64,000 nucleotides of DNA from assembly GCA_038040485.1 (NCBI GenBank), contig JBBPIE010000033.1, positions 15,633-79,632 of the forward strand. The letters are read 5' to 3'. This document shows, in pieces, positions 1 to 9,590 of this stretch. This DNA is from Candidatus Onstottus arcticum (lineage in GTDB: Bacteria; Acidobacteriota; Blastocatellia; UBA7656). The notes below the pieces were generated by a model, which did no database searches, was not told the origin of the DNA, and saw only the letters and a program-made list of their open reading frames with translations. Every line of letters begins with the position of its first letter. Within the stretch, counting starts at the first letter, position 1. Both the position numbers and the translations under genes were made by a program.

Positions 1-1961
1 CGCCGGCGTTCGCTCAGGACCAACCACAGCCGCCCAATCCCTTCGCTGGTTTTGAGACGATCATCCTGGCGAACGGCTTGAAAGTCTGGTACAAACGCCT
101 TCCCAACGATCCTAACGTGTCGATCAGCGTCACTGTGCCTTACGGGTCGGATCAGGACCCCGACGGCAAGGAACAGCTCGCCCACTTCACCGAACACATG
201 CTGTTCAGCGATCACCTCGGCCGCACTGAAGAGCAAATCAAGCGCGAGATCGACGATCGCGGAGGCGTGCGCAACGGCATTACGTTTTGGGATCACACCT
301 CCTACTTCGTCGACATCGGAAAGCAACATGGGCTATTCGCGCTGGATTGGTTGTACCGGATCTTGTCTCCGCACGAGATGGATGCCGCGGTGGTCGAGCG
401 CCAACGCGAGCCGGTAGCTATCGAGATCTGGGCCAAGCCTCGCGAGTTGTTCGACTGGGTTGAGGCCTCTTACGTGAACCCGTCGTGGCTGCGGCCGCCG
501 GACTTCTGGCAGAAAGAGTTTGGCCTCGGCGCCCGGCGCGACGTCTACCTGTACCGGAGTCTTCACAAAATCACCCCGGACGATCTTCGCTGGTTCTACG
601 AAACGTACTACTCGCCGTCGAGAATGACGCTCACGGTGATCGGCGACCTCGACCGCGACGCGGTCTTGAAGAAGGTCGGCGAGACGTTCGCTAATTTGCA
701 ACAGCGAGAGGCGCCAACGCCTCCCGACACGCTTCGAGACCCCGGCCGCTACAGTCAGACGTTCTACTGGGCCTTCCTGCCGAACGTCATGTACACCAAT
801 CGATTCAAGCTCTATCGTCCCGGGGCCGAGCAGGAGTTGTCACTGATCTTTCTCACCCGCTTCTTGAGAAAGCGGCTCAATGACCAGCTTCGCTTTGGGG
901 ATCGAAAGGCGGTGTACGGAGTCCAGGTAGACATTGCGCGGCGAGGGAAGGCAGAGGTCCTAAGCATTTCTGGTCCAATAAAGGAGAGCGAGTTCGGATT
1001 CGCTCGCGAGGTGATCCAGCGTGAGATCGAGATGCTGCGCGCCGGATCGCTGTCTGACGCCGAGTTTGAAGCCGACCGTTCGACGCTTGCTCAACAGCTT
1101 CGCGTGGAAAACAGCGCCTCAAAGGATCTGAAGCTATGGGTGATGACCGTCTTCTACGACCCCGCGATTCATCGCGACTTTCCGGATCTCGCAACCGCGT
1201 TTGAGAAGATCAGCAAGGCCGAAGTCGAAACCTTCGCGCGCGACACGCTTGTGCGAGATCGCCAGGTAGTCCAGATCCTGTACGTCTTTCCGTTAACACA
1301 AGGAGTGCTTGTTGCTTTGAGTCTTGTGCTTCTGTGGCTGACGATTCGAGTTGCGCGCAGGGTGCTGATTTCGCCAGTCGATATGGCACGAATTTGCTAC
1401 GTCGCCCGGTTTCAGATCGCGCTGCCGTTCAAAATCATCGCGGTCACGCTGCTGGTCGCGCTTATCGCGATCGTTGGACGGCTCCTCGTCTTTGGGTATG
1501 TGTGGCTGGGTGATCGTTTCATTGTTGGGATCGAAAGCTTCTGGTTGCAGTGGCCGTTGTATGCTCTGATGGGCGCGTTGACGATCTTCCTGCTGGTGCT
1601 GGTTCTCGCCCATCTGCCTCGGAAGCTCCTGCTGTTTGACGATCGCCTCGTGGTCAAGTATCTCTCTTATCGCTCGGTCGCGGTAGCGCGCACTGACATC
1701 GCCGAGACTTCACTCAGGCGTTTCCGCGCGGTGTGGTTTTCGCGCAGACTGTGGAAGTGCGTGCCCTTGACGTTAGGTCTCTTCTCGCCTGGCGTTTATC
1801 TGCGGCGCAGAAACGGCTGGTCCTATTTCTTTCGAGTACGAAATCATGAGGAGTTCCTAAGGACGTTGCAGCTTCAATCAACCGGCGGCGCCGTTATTGA
1901 CCAGCAGATTCCTGAAACGCGAACGTCCGGCCAAACGGGAGACTCAAATGAAAATGAGTAG
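1..1961 (+). CDS. M16 (pitrilysin/insulinase) family zinc peptidase, 5' end cut by the window edge, with a C-terminal multi-TM plus bPH-like extension
   Basis: The frame is open from nt 3 (..[33 protein letters not shown]), so the true start and signal peptide lie upstream. Inverted zinc motif HxxEH is present ([10 protein letters not shown]). The C-terminal ~200 aa contain 3-4 hydrophobic helices followed by [21 protein letters not shown], resembling a bacterial PH (DUF304-type) domain. Confidence 0.8.
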   Translation, partial: PAFAQDQPQPPNPFAGFETIILANGLKVWYKRLPNDPNVSISVTVPYGSDQDPDGKEQLAHFTEHMLFSDHLGRTEEQIKREIDDRGGVRNGITFWDHTSYFVDIGKQHGLFALDWLYRILSPHEMDAAVVERQREPVAIEIWAKPRELFDWVEASYVNPSWLRPPDFWQKEFGLGARRDVYLYRSLHKITPDDLRWFYETYYSPSRMTLTVIGDLDRDAVLKKVGETFANLQQREAPTPPDTLRDPGRYSQTFYWAFLPNVMYTNRFKLYRPGAEQELSLIFLTRFLRKRLNDQLRFGDRKAVYGVQVDIARRGKAEVLSISGPIKESEFGFAREVIQREIEMLRAGSLSDAEFEADRSTLAQQLRVENSASKDLKLWVMTVFYDPAIHRDFPDLATAFEKISKAEVETFARDTLVRDRQVVQILYVFPLTQGVLVALSLVLLWLTIRVARRVLISPVDMARICYVARFQIALPFKIIAVTLLVALIAIVGRLLVFGYVWLGDRFIVGIESFWLQWPLYALMGALTIFLLVLVLAHLPRKLLLFDDRLVVKYLSYRSVAVARTDIAETSLRRFRAVWFSRRLWKCVPLTLGLFSPGVYLRRRNGWSYFFRVRNHEEFLRTLQLQSTGGAVIDQQIPETRTSGQTGDSNENE

Positions 1962-3834
1962 AATGCTCGTTGGGACCTTGGCTTTCGTGGTTCTTTTCTC
2001 CGCCTACATTTTTCCTGCCGCCTCCTTCTCGTCCGGTGCTTCCATCAACGCTACCTCGCCGTATCAGCAGCCGCAGCCCCTCACGTCTCCTGAAGGTGAA
2101 GCGCTTTACAAGCAACGCTGCGCAGTCTGCCACGACAACCCGCAGGATCGTATACCGCCGTTGTTCCTGATCAGAAGGCGGTCTGCGGAAGATGTCATGC
2201 AGACACTGACCGATGGTTCAATGAAGCAGCAAGCATCCGGCCTCAACGGTGATCAGATTCGCGCGCTCGCGATTCATCTCACAGGGAAACAGCCAGGCGC
2301 GCCGATCCAGGGAAACCTCGAAGCAAACCACTGTAAAGCCACCGGCAAGCCGATCAGCCTCACTGGTCCGCAGTGGAACGGATGGGGCCGCGACCTGGAC
2401 AACTCGCGCTTTCAGCCCAAACCCGGGATCAAGCCCGAAGATGTTCCGAAGCTCAAGGTCAAGTGGGCTTTCGCACATCCGGGTCCGATGGCAACAGGCC
2501 AGCCGGCGATTATCGGCGATCGCATCTACCTCACCATCGAAGCGGGATTGATTTACTGCTTGAACGCGCAAACCGGTTGCACTTATTGGACGATGAACGC
2601 CGGGGCCGCGGTGCGCGCTGCCGTCAGCGTCGGGCCGCTTCCGCCGGGATCGCCGGCAAAGTTCGCCGTTTACTTCGGCGATGAAAAATCGAACGTCCAG
2701 GCAGTTGATGCCGCAACCGGCAAGCGGATCTGGAGAACAAAGATCGAAGACCATCTGTTGTCTCGTGTCACGGGCGCTCCAGTGCTGTATCGGAATCGCA
2801 TCTACGTGCCGGTTTCCTCGTTTGAAGAAACCGCCGGCCGCGATACCAGGTACGAGTGCTGCAAGTTCCGTGGGAGTGTTGTCGCACTCGATGCTTACAC
2901 TGGAAAAATCATTTGGAAGAGCTTCACGGTTCAAAGCGAGCCGAAGCCTTTCAAGAAGAACTCCTCCGGGACTCAGATGTACGGGCCTGCAGGCGGCGCG
3001 ATCTGGTCGGCGCCCACGCTTGATCTGAAGCGCAAGTTGATCTACGTCGGAACCGGGAACTCATACACGGACGTCGCGACGCTTCACTCGGACGCGATCA
3101 TGGCGTTCGATATGGAAACCGGCAAACTCAAGTGGACGAATCAAGTCACTCCAAAAGACAACTTCCTTGTGGGCTGCCGCCAGCCGGGAGTGGGCAACTG
3201 TCCTGAAGAGGCGGGACCAGACTACGACTTCGGCAGCTCGCCCGTCCTGCGCACTCTGCCAAACGGCAAGCAGGTGATTCTCGCGGGACAGAAGTCGGGC
3301 GTCATCTACGCTCTTGATCCTGACAACAACGGCAAAGTGCTGTGGCAGGTCAAAGTCGGGAACGGCGGCGCGCTTGGCGGAATCGAGTGGGGCTTCGCAG
3401 CGGATCAGGAAAACGTGTACGTTCCGGTTGCCGACGTGAGCGGCGCAGCTCGCAAGCCGGGCTTGACCGCGCTGAAGATCGCTACGGGAGAGCAGCTCTG
3501 GCACGTGCCTGCGCCTCCGGCGAATTGCAGTTGGGGAACGACGCGGTGCAACAACTCTCAGTCAGCGGCCGCGTCGGTTATTCCCGGAGTAGTCTTTTCC
3601 GGAACGGCAGACGGGCACTTGCGAGCTTACTCGACAAAAGACGGTTCGATCATCTGGGACTTTGATACGGCCAGGCCGGTTGAAACAATCAACGCCGGAG
3701 TGACGAAGGGCGGCGCGTTGGACGGCGGCGGGCCGGTGATTGTGAATAGCGTGGTCTACACGAATTCCGGCTACGGCAGGTTGATCGGGCAGCCCGGCAA
3801 CCTGCTGCTGGCCTTCACGGTGGATGGAAAATGA
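1948..3834 (+). CDS. PQQ-like beta-propeller repeat protein with N-terminal c-type haem-binding domain (putative quinohaemoprotein dehydrogenase)
   Basis: Start chosen at [17 protein letters not shown] (signal peptide); it overlaps the upstream stop by 14 nt. CxxCH haem motif (CAVCHDNP). Recurrent PQQ-repeat signature tGk.iW ([43 protein letters not shown]). Confidence 0.7.
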   Translation: MKMSRMLVGTLAFVVLFSAYIFPAASFSSGASINATSPYQQPQPLTSPEGEALYKQRCAVCHDNPQDRIPPLFLIRRRSAEDVMQTLTDGSMKQQASGLNGDQIRALAIHLTGKQPGAPIQGNLEANHCKATGKPISLTGPQWNGWGRDLDNSRFQPKPGIKPEDVPKLKVKWAFAHPGPMATGQPAIIGDRIYLTIEAGLIYCLNAQTGCTYWTMNAGAAVRAAVSVGPLPPGSPAKFAVYFGDEKSNVQAVDAATGKRIWRTKIEDHLLSRVTGAPVLYRNRIYVPVSSFEETAGRDTRYECCKFRGSVVALDAYTGKIIWKSFTVQSEPKPFKKNSSGTQMYGPAGGAIWSAPTLDLKRKLIYVGTGNSYTDVATLHSDAIMAFDMETGKLKWTNQVTPKDNFLVGCRQPGVGNCPEEAGPDYDFGSSPVLRTLPNGKQVILAGQKSGVIYALDPDNNGKVLWQVKVGNGGALGGIEWGFAADQENVYVPVADVSGAARKPGLTALKIATGEQLWHVPAPPANCSWGTTRCNNSQSAAASVIPGVVFSGTADGHLRAYSTKDGSIIWDFDTARPVETINAGVTKGGALDGGGPVIVNSVVYTNSGYGRLIGQPGNLLLAFTVDGK

Positions 3835-4835
3835 AGATGAAACAGGTAACTTCTCTTCTGGCGCGCCTGGCCCTGGGAGCGCGGGCATCCTGCCCGCATG
3901 CCCTCGCGCTTACCGCAGCTTTCCTCACAGCTACCCTCGCACTCGCCGTCCCTTCTCAATCTGCGCGCGCAAGCGCCGCCGAAGATGTTTTTGATCGCGT
4001 CAAGCATGGCTATGCCGATTCAGGCGGTGTAAAAATTCATTACGCGACGCTCGGATCCGGCAATGCGCCTCTTATCGTGATGATCCACGGCTTTCCGGAC
4101 TTCTGGTACTCGTGGCGTCATCAGATGACCGTTCTCTCCAAGGACTATCAGGTAGTCGCGATCGATCAGCGCGGCTACAACCTGAGCGACAAACCCAAAG
4201 GCAAAGAGAACTACGATATGACCCTGCTTGTTGACGACGTCCGCGCTGTAGTCAAACATCTCGGGCGCGACAAAGCCATCATTGTTGGGCACGATTGGGG
4301 CGGCCGCGTGGCGTGGGGCTTTGCGATGAAGTATCCGGAGATGACGCACCGGCTGATCGTTTGCAATCTGCCTCATCCGCGTGGCATCGCTTACGAGCGC
4401 GCCCACAACAAAGAGCAGCAGGCCAATACGGCTTATGCGCAGCGCTTCAAACAGGAGGACGCAGCTAAGAATCTAACGGCTGAAGGGTTGGCAATGAGAG
4501 TCAGAGACCCGAAGGAGCGCGCACACTACGTCGAAGCATTCCGCCGTTCTGACTTCGAAGCGATGCTGAATTACTACAAGCAGAACTATCCGGCGCCGCC
4601 TTATCTGGAAGACACGTCGCCGGTGGTGAAAGTAAAACCACCGGTGCTTCTGATTCACGGTCTGGACGACAAAGCGTTGATGCACGGCGCGTTGAATCAC
4701 ACGTGGGAATGGCTTGAGAAGGATCTTACGCTGGTGACGATCCCGGGTGTCGGGCACTTTGTGCAAAACGACGCAGCCGAGTTTGTTTCCGCGATGATGA
4801 AGTCTTGGCTCGAGGTTCAAGCGGCGAAACCGTAG
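3831..4835 (+). CDS. alpha/beta hydrolase, epoxide-hydrolase / haloalkane-dehalogenase-like, secreted
   Basis: ATGA overlap with the upstream stop. Signal peptide present. [13 protein letters not shown] oxyanion motif, GHDWGG nucleophile elbow (Asp nucleophile type), C-terminal GVGHFVQ histidine. Confidence 0.8.
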   Translation: MKMKQVTSLLARLALGARASCPHALALTAAFLTATLALAVPSQSARASAAEDVFDRVKHGYADSGGVKIHYATLGSGNAPLIVMIHGFPDFWYSWRHQMTVLSKDYQVVAIDQRGYNLSDKPKGKENYDMTLLVDDVRAVVKHLGRDKAIIVGHDWGGRVAWGFAMKYPEMTHRLIVCNLPHPRGIAYERAHNKEQQANTAYAQRFKQEDAAKNLTAEGLAMRVRDPKERAHYVEAFRRSDFEAMLNYYKQNYPAPPYLEDTSPVVKVKPPVLLIHGLDDKALMHGALNHTWEWLEKDLTLVTIPGVGHFVQNDAAEFVSAMMKSWLEVQAAKP

Positions 4836-4932
4836 CGACAGGCATTCGGCTTTACGCTAACTCTTTTGGCGAGCTTGTCGGGTAGCAAACTAACGCCGCT
4901 AGAGTTTGCAGATGCAAACCAGGACGGGCGAG

Positions 4933-5103
4933 GAACTCCAGCGGAGTTCAATGTTTGTAGAAGACGTTGAGGACGAGCGGCCAACTCCAGCAGGAGTTGT
5001 ATGTGCCCGTTGAACGACTTGGAACTCGATGAACATATCACCCCGCTGGGGTGAGAACTTCTTCGTGCCGAACTACTATAAACATTCAACCACTACGTGG
5101 TTG
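4933..5103. repeat. cluster of REP-like short hairpins (7-3/4-7) with an adjacent (C)TAYAAACATT box
   Basis: GAACTCCagcGGAGTTC followed by aatgtttgtag (4933-4960). CAACTCCagcaGGAGTTG (4982-4999). CACCCCgctGGGGTG (5039-5053). ctataaacatt followed by CAACCACtacGTGGTTG (5076-5103). The same architecture recurs at 57179-57372. Confidence 0.7.
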
Positions 5104-5149
5104 TGAGCTCAGGCGTGAACATAAACCTAGCTGCCCAGGAGAATCGATC

Positions 5150-5590
5150 ATGATGAAACGCATTTGGTTGTCCTTATTCGGTTTCGTATTAGCCATCAGC
5201 GTTGGCATCGCCTCAGCCCAAAGCACTGAGACGAAGCCGCCAGCCCCAGACATCGCCGGCGACTGGACAGGCACGTGGGCGACTTACAGTCCCGCTCAGG
5301 GAGCCGTTCCCCCGAAGGACATTTGCAAGAGTCTAGTTTGCAAAGTCACTTACAAAGACGGCGTCTGGGAAGCGACGTTTGAAGGCGATTGCGGCCGGCC
5401 CTACAAGTACACGATCAAGATGGAAGGCCGCCAGGTAGGCAAGGTCGTGATGTTCAAAGGCACTACCGACCTTGGAGCAAAAGACGGCGGAGTTTTTGAC
5501 TGGATCGGCCGGGCTAACGAGAAGGAGTTCGTCGGGTTCTTCACGAGCGGTTACTACACAGGCGTATTCAATCTCTCTCGAGCGAAATGA
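5150..5590 (+). CDS. secreted hypothetical protein
   Basis: Start moved to MMKRIWLSLFGFVLAISVGIASAQ (clear signal peptide). No recognisable catalytic motif. The AGDWTGTW motif is reminiscent of the small secreted beta-barrel protein at 44399-44899. Confidence 0.5.
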   Translation: MMKRIWLSLFGFVLAISVGIASAQSTETKPPAPDIAGDWTGTWATYSPAQGAVPPKDICKSLVCKVTYKDGVWEATFEGDCGRPYKYTIKMEGRQVGKVVMFKGTTDLGAKDGGVFDWIGRANEKEFVGFFTSGYYTGVFNLSRAK

Positions 5591-5915
5591 ACCGGCGCTT
5601 TCGTCGTCTGCGGGATTCAGAATAACCGTGTCGGCCCCAAGCACGTGTAGCGAAGCGCAGCTTTGAAGACAGCTACGCGGCCGCTGCTATGTTCGTTTTC
5701 ACGCGGCCATCGTAGCAACGACGTGGTGGCGAAACACTATCTCTTACCTTGAAACCGGGGCAGCACCGTTGCTCCGTCGCGGAAAGTATGGGGACTGGAA
5801 ACTCACAGGGCAATGGAGGTAATTTGGTCCTGCGTGAAGACGTCGAGAGTCGGAGGAGCCGTTTGTCGTTGGCCCATTCCGCGAGATGATACCTTGAGGA
5901 TTCCGTCACTTGTCT

Positions 5916-5945
5916 TTGGTAGGTCCAGACCACCGAGAGTAGAAT
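5916..5945 (+). promoter_or_regulatory. candidate sigma-70-type promoter for the metallophosphoesterase/HAD pair
   Basis: TTGGTA (5916-5921), 18-nt spacer, TAGAAT (5940-5945). It lies about 30 nt upstream of the ATG at 5978, which is preceded by GAAGAGGAG. Confidence 0.3.
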
Positions 5946-5977
5946 CACCTAAACAACCTGAAGAGGAGCTTGGGGCG

Positions 5978-7642
5978 ATGTCACTAACTACCGGCAGTTC
6001 AGCACCAGCGGATATCCGTTACTTATTCCGGTTCCGCGACCTCATAGCAAAGACTATCCAAGAACACCAGCAGATCATCGACAAATACCAGGCATCTTGG
6101 TGGGGATGGTGGAAGCGCCCCACCGAGGGATCGCGGCCGGACGTCTGGGAACCGCTCGAAGCTGAAACGCTGACGGGTCGCGAAGTCACGATAGGGCTAT
6201 TTGACTCCGGCGATGGCAGTGTACATCAGGCTCGGGTTAGTCGTGTAATCAAACCGCAACCGGATACGGGACTCCCCCCGCTGCCTAAGGGAGAGGAGAC
6301 GCTTGTGCCGGAGTATTATCGCAAGAGTCCTTTTAGCAGAGCCTGGATGAAGATCGTCAAGATCGATCCGCAGCCGTTTCCGTTCTTCGGTCGGTATTCT
6401 TTTGGTCCGCTTCCCCCGTTGCCCTATTACTCTCAGTCCGTACTGAACCGGCTCCGAGACAAAGTGATCATAAGCCCCGACGAACTTCGTGGCATGGACA
6501 CGACGATCTGGGAGGTCCGTCCGAAGGCATCGGGCGATCATGAGACAGAAATACTGCTAAGTACGCGGTCGCTCTCAACACCGGTCTCCTTCGACTCTGT
6601 GGACGCTCAGAGTAATACTATACTTCACATTACGGATCCGCACTTCACGATAGGGAAGCACCGCTCCCAACACGTGTGGCGCCTTGAGAGTGAGGTTTCG
6701 CAAGGAAAGGCTACTCTAGCCGAGGCGATCAAGGACGCACTCAATGAAACAAAGGTCGGCTTGATCATCGTTACCGGTGATCTGACTTTTACAGGCGAGA
6801 CCGTAGAATTCGACGAAGCAAGGACATCCCTCATTCGTTTGCTCGGGCTGCTGGATCTTGATCTCGACCGTCTGGTCGTTGTCCCGGGTAATCATGACAT
6901 CCGGTGGACCCAGCAAAAACCTTATAATGAGAATGCGAGCGTACTAGAAGCTCCAGACGAGGCCAGAAAGAACTACCGCAAGTTCTACTTTGACCTCTAC
7001 CGGCACGACCCCAACCCAACCCTTTCTATGGGCCGACGGTTTCAGTTGCCGTGCGGTGTTGCCCTGGAGGTGTGCGCTCTGAACTCAAGCTCTCTCGAAC
7101 AAGGCAAAAAGTTCCTCGCCGGAATGGGGCGAATAGAGGAGAGTGCCCTGAATAAGGTCGCAAATGAACTTCGGTGGGATCAACCGAGCTTGGCGCTTCG
7201 AATGTTGGCTCTTCATCACCATTTGGTGGCAACCGAGAACGTCGAGCCGGCTTCCGGCTACAACCGCGGCTTCGGAATTGCCGTCGACGCCCCTAAGATA
7301 ATGCGTAGAGCGGCGAAGTACGGAGTTCATCTTGCACTACATGGTCACAAACACCGCGTCTTTATCTGGCGCTCTGGAGTATATGAACTACCCGAGCACA
7401 CTCAGACAGCCTGGCAACTGGGGAACGTGTCGATTGTTGGGGGCGGAAGCGCCGGGTCGACTGATACAGAAGCGCGAAAGAACTATTTCAATCTTGTCGA
7501 TGTAAGCAACAGCGGCGTTAGCGTGAGAATGTATCGCGCCGAAGACGGAGGTGCCTTCTCCGAAATGGCGCGGTGGACGGCCGCCCTTGAGTTGAAGGGC
7601 TCTCCCCCTAGCCTTACACTTCAGGACTGGATCATTCCTTAA
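5978..7642 (+). CDS. calcineurin-like metallophosphoesterase with an unrecognised ~250-aa N-terminal domain
   Basis: Start at MSLTTGSS with an upstream GAGGAG. All MPE motifs are in order: ITDPHF (DxH), TGDLTF (GD), VPGNHD (GNHD), LHHHL, HGHKH (GHxH). The N-terminal region (IRYLFRFRDL..ASWWGWWKRP..AWMKIVKI) matches nothing I recognise. Confidence 0.75.
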   Translation: MSLTTGSSAPADIRYLFRFRDLIAKTIQEHQQIIDKYQASWWGWWKRPTEGSRPDVWEPLEAETLTGREVTIGLFDSGDGSVHQARVSRVIKPQPDTGLPPLPKGEETLVPEYYRKSPFSRAWMKIVKIDPQPFPFFGRYSFGPLPPLPYYSQSVLNRLRDKVIISPDELRGMDTTIWEVRPKASGDHETEILLSTRSLSTPVSFDSVDAQSNTILHITDPHFTIGKHRSQHVWRLESEVSQGKATLAEAIKDALNETKVGLIIVTGDLTFTGETVEFDEARTSLIRLLGLLDLDLDRLVVVPGNHDIRWTQQKPYNENASVLEAPDEARKNYRKFYFDLYRHDPNPTLSMGRRFQLPCGVALEVCALNSSSLEQGKKFLAGMGRIEESALNKVANELRWDQPSLALRMLALHHHLVATENVEPASGYNRGFGIAVDAPKIMRRAAKYGVHLALHGHKHRVFIWRSGVYELPEHTQTAWQLGNVSIVGGGSAGSTDTEARKNYFNLVDVSNSGVSVRMYRAEDGGAFSEMARWTAALELKGSPPSLTLQDWIIP

Positions 7643-7653
7643 AGGAACTACAA

Positions 7654-8613
7654 ATGAAGCGCGTTCGGATTCAGCTATTGGTTACTGACTTAGACAACAC
7701 TCTCTACGATTGGGTGTCTTCCTTTGTCCCCGCCTTTTACGGGATGGTGGACGTCGCCGCCCAAATCCTACGCGTGGACCGAGAAGAATTGTTGGATGAT
7801 CTAAAGGCGGTTCATCAACGGTACCACAACTCAGAGCAGCCTTTCGCGTTGCTCGAAACTCACATTGTGGAGCGCCGATATCCTCGTGCCACTCGCCTCG
7901 AGCGAAAGCGTCTTCTGGCGCCCGCATTTGATGCGTTCAATGAACTCCGTCGACAGAACCTGCGCCTATATCCCGAGGTCCGCGAAACTCTGCACACAAT
8001 CCGTGACCGCGGCTGCGGCGTGATAGGGTACACCGAGGCTGTTGTTGAGAACAGTCTATACAGGCTGTGTCTGCTTGGTCTCCTGGAAGAGATTCAACTC
8101 CTTTATGTGCCGAAGAGTCGCGCAGACGAAGGTCACCCCGACCCGGCGCGCCAACGAATTCTCGAACAGCATCGTGAGAAGGTGCGCCTATTACCTGATG
8201 GTCATCGAAAGCCTGATCCTCACGTTTTAAAACAAATATGTGAGGATCGCGGGGTACCGGTGGAGGAAGCCCTTTACGTTGGCGACAGCATGACCAGAGA
8301 CGTTGCCATGGCCAAAGCCGCCGGCGTACACGCTGCCTGGGCACGATATGGATCCGCACTCAACCCGAACGATTGGAACAAACTAGTGCGAGTTACCCAT
8401 TGGACTGCTGAAGACGTCGCCCGTGAGATGCGACTCAAAGAAGAGTATCGCGATGTTCGACCTGATGTAGAAATCGACTCGTTCGCTGAATTGCTGGCGC
8501 CCGATGAGCGAAGGGCAAGGCAGGTGTTTGACTATGGTTCGAAGAACGAGTCCCTGATCACCGCAAGCGAACCCGTCTTGCGCGGAACGCTTCCTAGTTC
8601 ACATCTTCCCTAG
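7654..8613 (+). CDS. HAD-superfamily hydrolase (phosphatase-like)
   Basis: Motif I is LVTDLDNTLYDW (DxDxT). The late motif is YVGDSMTRDV. It starts 12 nt after the metallophosphoesterase stop, so co-transcription is likely. Confidence 0.75.
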   Translation: MKRVRIQLLVTDLDNTLYDWVSSFVPAFYGMVDVAAQILRVDREELLDDLKAVHQRYHNSEQPFALLETHIVERRYPRATRLERKRLLAPAFDAFNELRRQNLRLYPEVRETLHTIRDRGCGVIGYTEAVVENSLYRLCLLGLLEEIQLLYVPKSRADEGHPDPARQRILEQHREKVRLLPDGHRKPDPHVLKQICEDRGVPVEEALYVGDSMTRDVAMAKAAGVHAAWARYGSALNPNDWNKLVRVTHWTAEDVAREMRLKEEYRDVRPDVEIDSFAELLAPDERRARQVFDYGSKNESLITASEPVLRGTLPSSHLP

Positions 8614-8693
8614 AACGCCTCGCGTTCCAGCCCGGTCTGTCCGGGTGATCGCCGGCATCGGCGACTCACTTTCATGATGCCGACGGCTAACAG

Positions 8694-9152
8694 ATGACTG
8701 AATCCCGACCACCAACCGAAGAGTTGATTCGGATGCTCTCACGCTACGATTTGAGCGTGGGTGAGCTCGCGCTCGGGCTGCGTGAGATGGTGCTCAAAGA
8801 AGCGCCGGCCGCGGTCGAGAGGCTCGTTCAAGTGTACGCGCTAGTGTTCTGGTACTCGCTCACCGGCAAGATGAGCGACGCCTTTTGTCAGGTCGTGATT
8901 TATCCCAAAGGCGTCAATCTCATGTTCAATCGCGGCGCGGAGCTTGAAGACCCCAGTGGAGTGCTCGTGGGCGATGGCAAGATCATTCGGCACATCAAGG
9001 TCCGCCGATCCGAAGACTTGAAGAACCCTCATCTGCGAAAGTTCATTCGAGCAGCGCTAAAGCACGCGAAGGTGAGAGCGAAAGAGAAGAAGCTCGCAGC
9101 CCGACCTACGAAGCAAATCGCGCAAGTTTCGGCGAAGAGGCGTCCGGGGTAG
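8694..9152 (+). CDS. DUF1801 (YdhG-like) domain protein with a basic C-terminal tail
   Basis: Length and pattern (..LGLREMVLKEAP.. / ..KIIRHIKV.. / LRKFIRAAL) resemble DUF1801 family proteins. This is recognition only. Confidence 0.45.
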   Translation: MTESRPPTEELIRMLSRYDLSVGELALGLREMVLKEAPAAVERLVQVYALVFWYSLTGKMSDAFCQVVIYPKGVNLMFNRGAELEDPSGVLVGDGKIIRHIKVRRSEDLKNPHLRKFIRAALKHAKVRAKEKKLAARPTKQIAQVSAKRRPG

Positions 9153-9223
9153 GATCTGGACTCTCCTGGTTTTTTGAACGATCCCAATTTTGATCTGACA
9201 GGAAGTGTGTTAGGGTAAACGTC

Positions 9224-9307
9224 ATGAGCACAACGACACTAATAATCATTATCCTCGTGCTGATCCTCCTCTTTGGCGGCGGGTACGGCTACAGCCGCCG
9301 GCGATAA
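9224..9307 (+). CDS. candidate 27-aa single-TM micro-protein
   Basis: ATG at 9224 encodes MSTTTLIIIILVLILLFGGGYGYSRRR followed by a stop. It is too short for the ORF track. It has a hydrophobic helix plus a basic tail, and a weak hairpin with T7 run follows at 9387-9420. Confidence 0.3.
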   Translation: MSTTTLIIIILVLILLFGGGYGYSRRR

Positions 9308-9590
9308 GGACGGCTGCGCGAGCGCCACGCCGCATTCGGATTGCAGACGCGTTGCTACGGGACCACCTCTCCGAGTATGAGTTCTGGGGCGGCGACATAG
9401 GATCGCCCTACACTTTTTTTGCACCCATTCAAGTCACCGGTGCGTATCTCGTGTGAAGACCCAGGAACATGACCTAACATGAGGACGTACGCCCTTATGC
9501 GAGCGACGCAAGGGGAGACTCTGCGACGCAGGTAAAAGGTTCGCGACACCCACATTCCGGTCAAATCGATTTTTTCATTGCGGGAGGATT

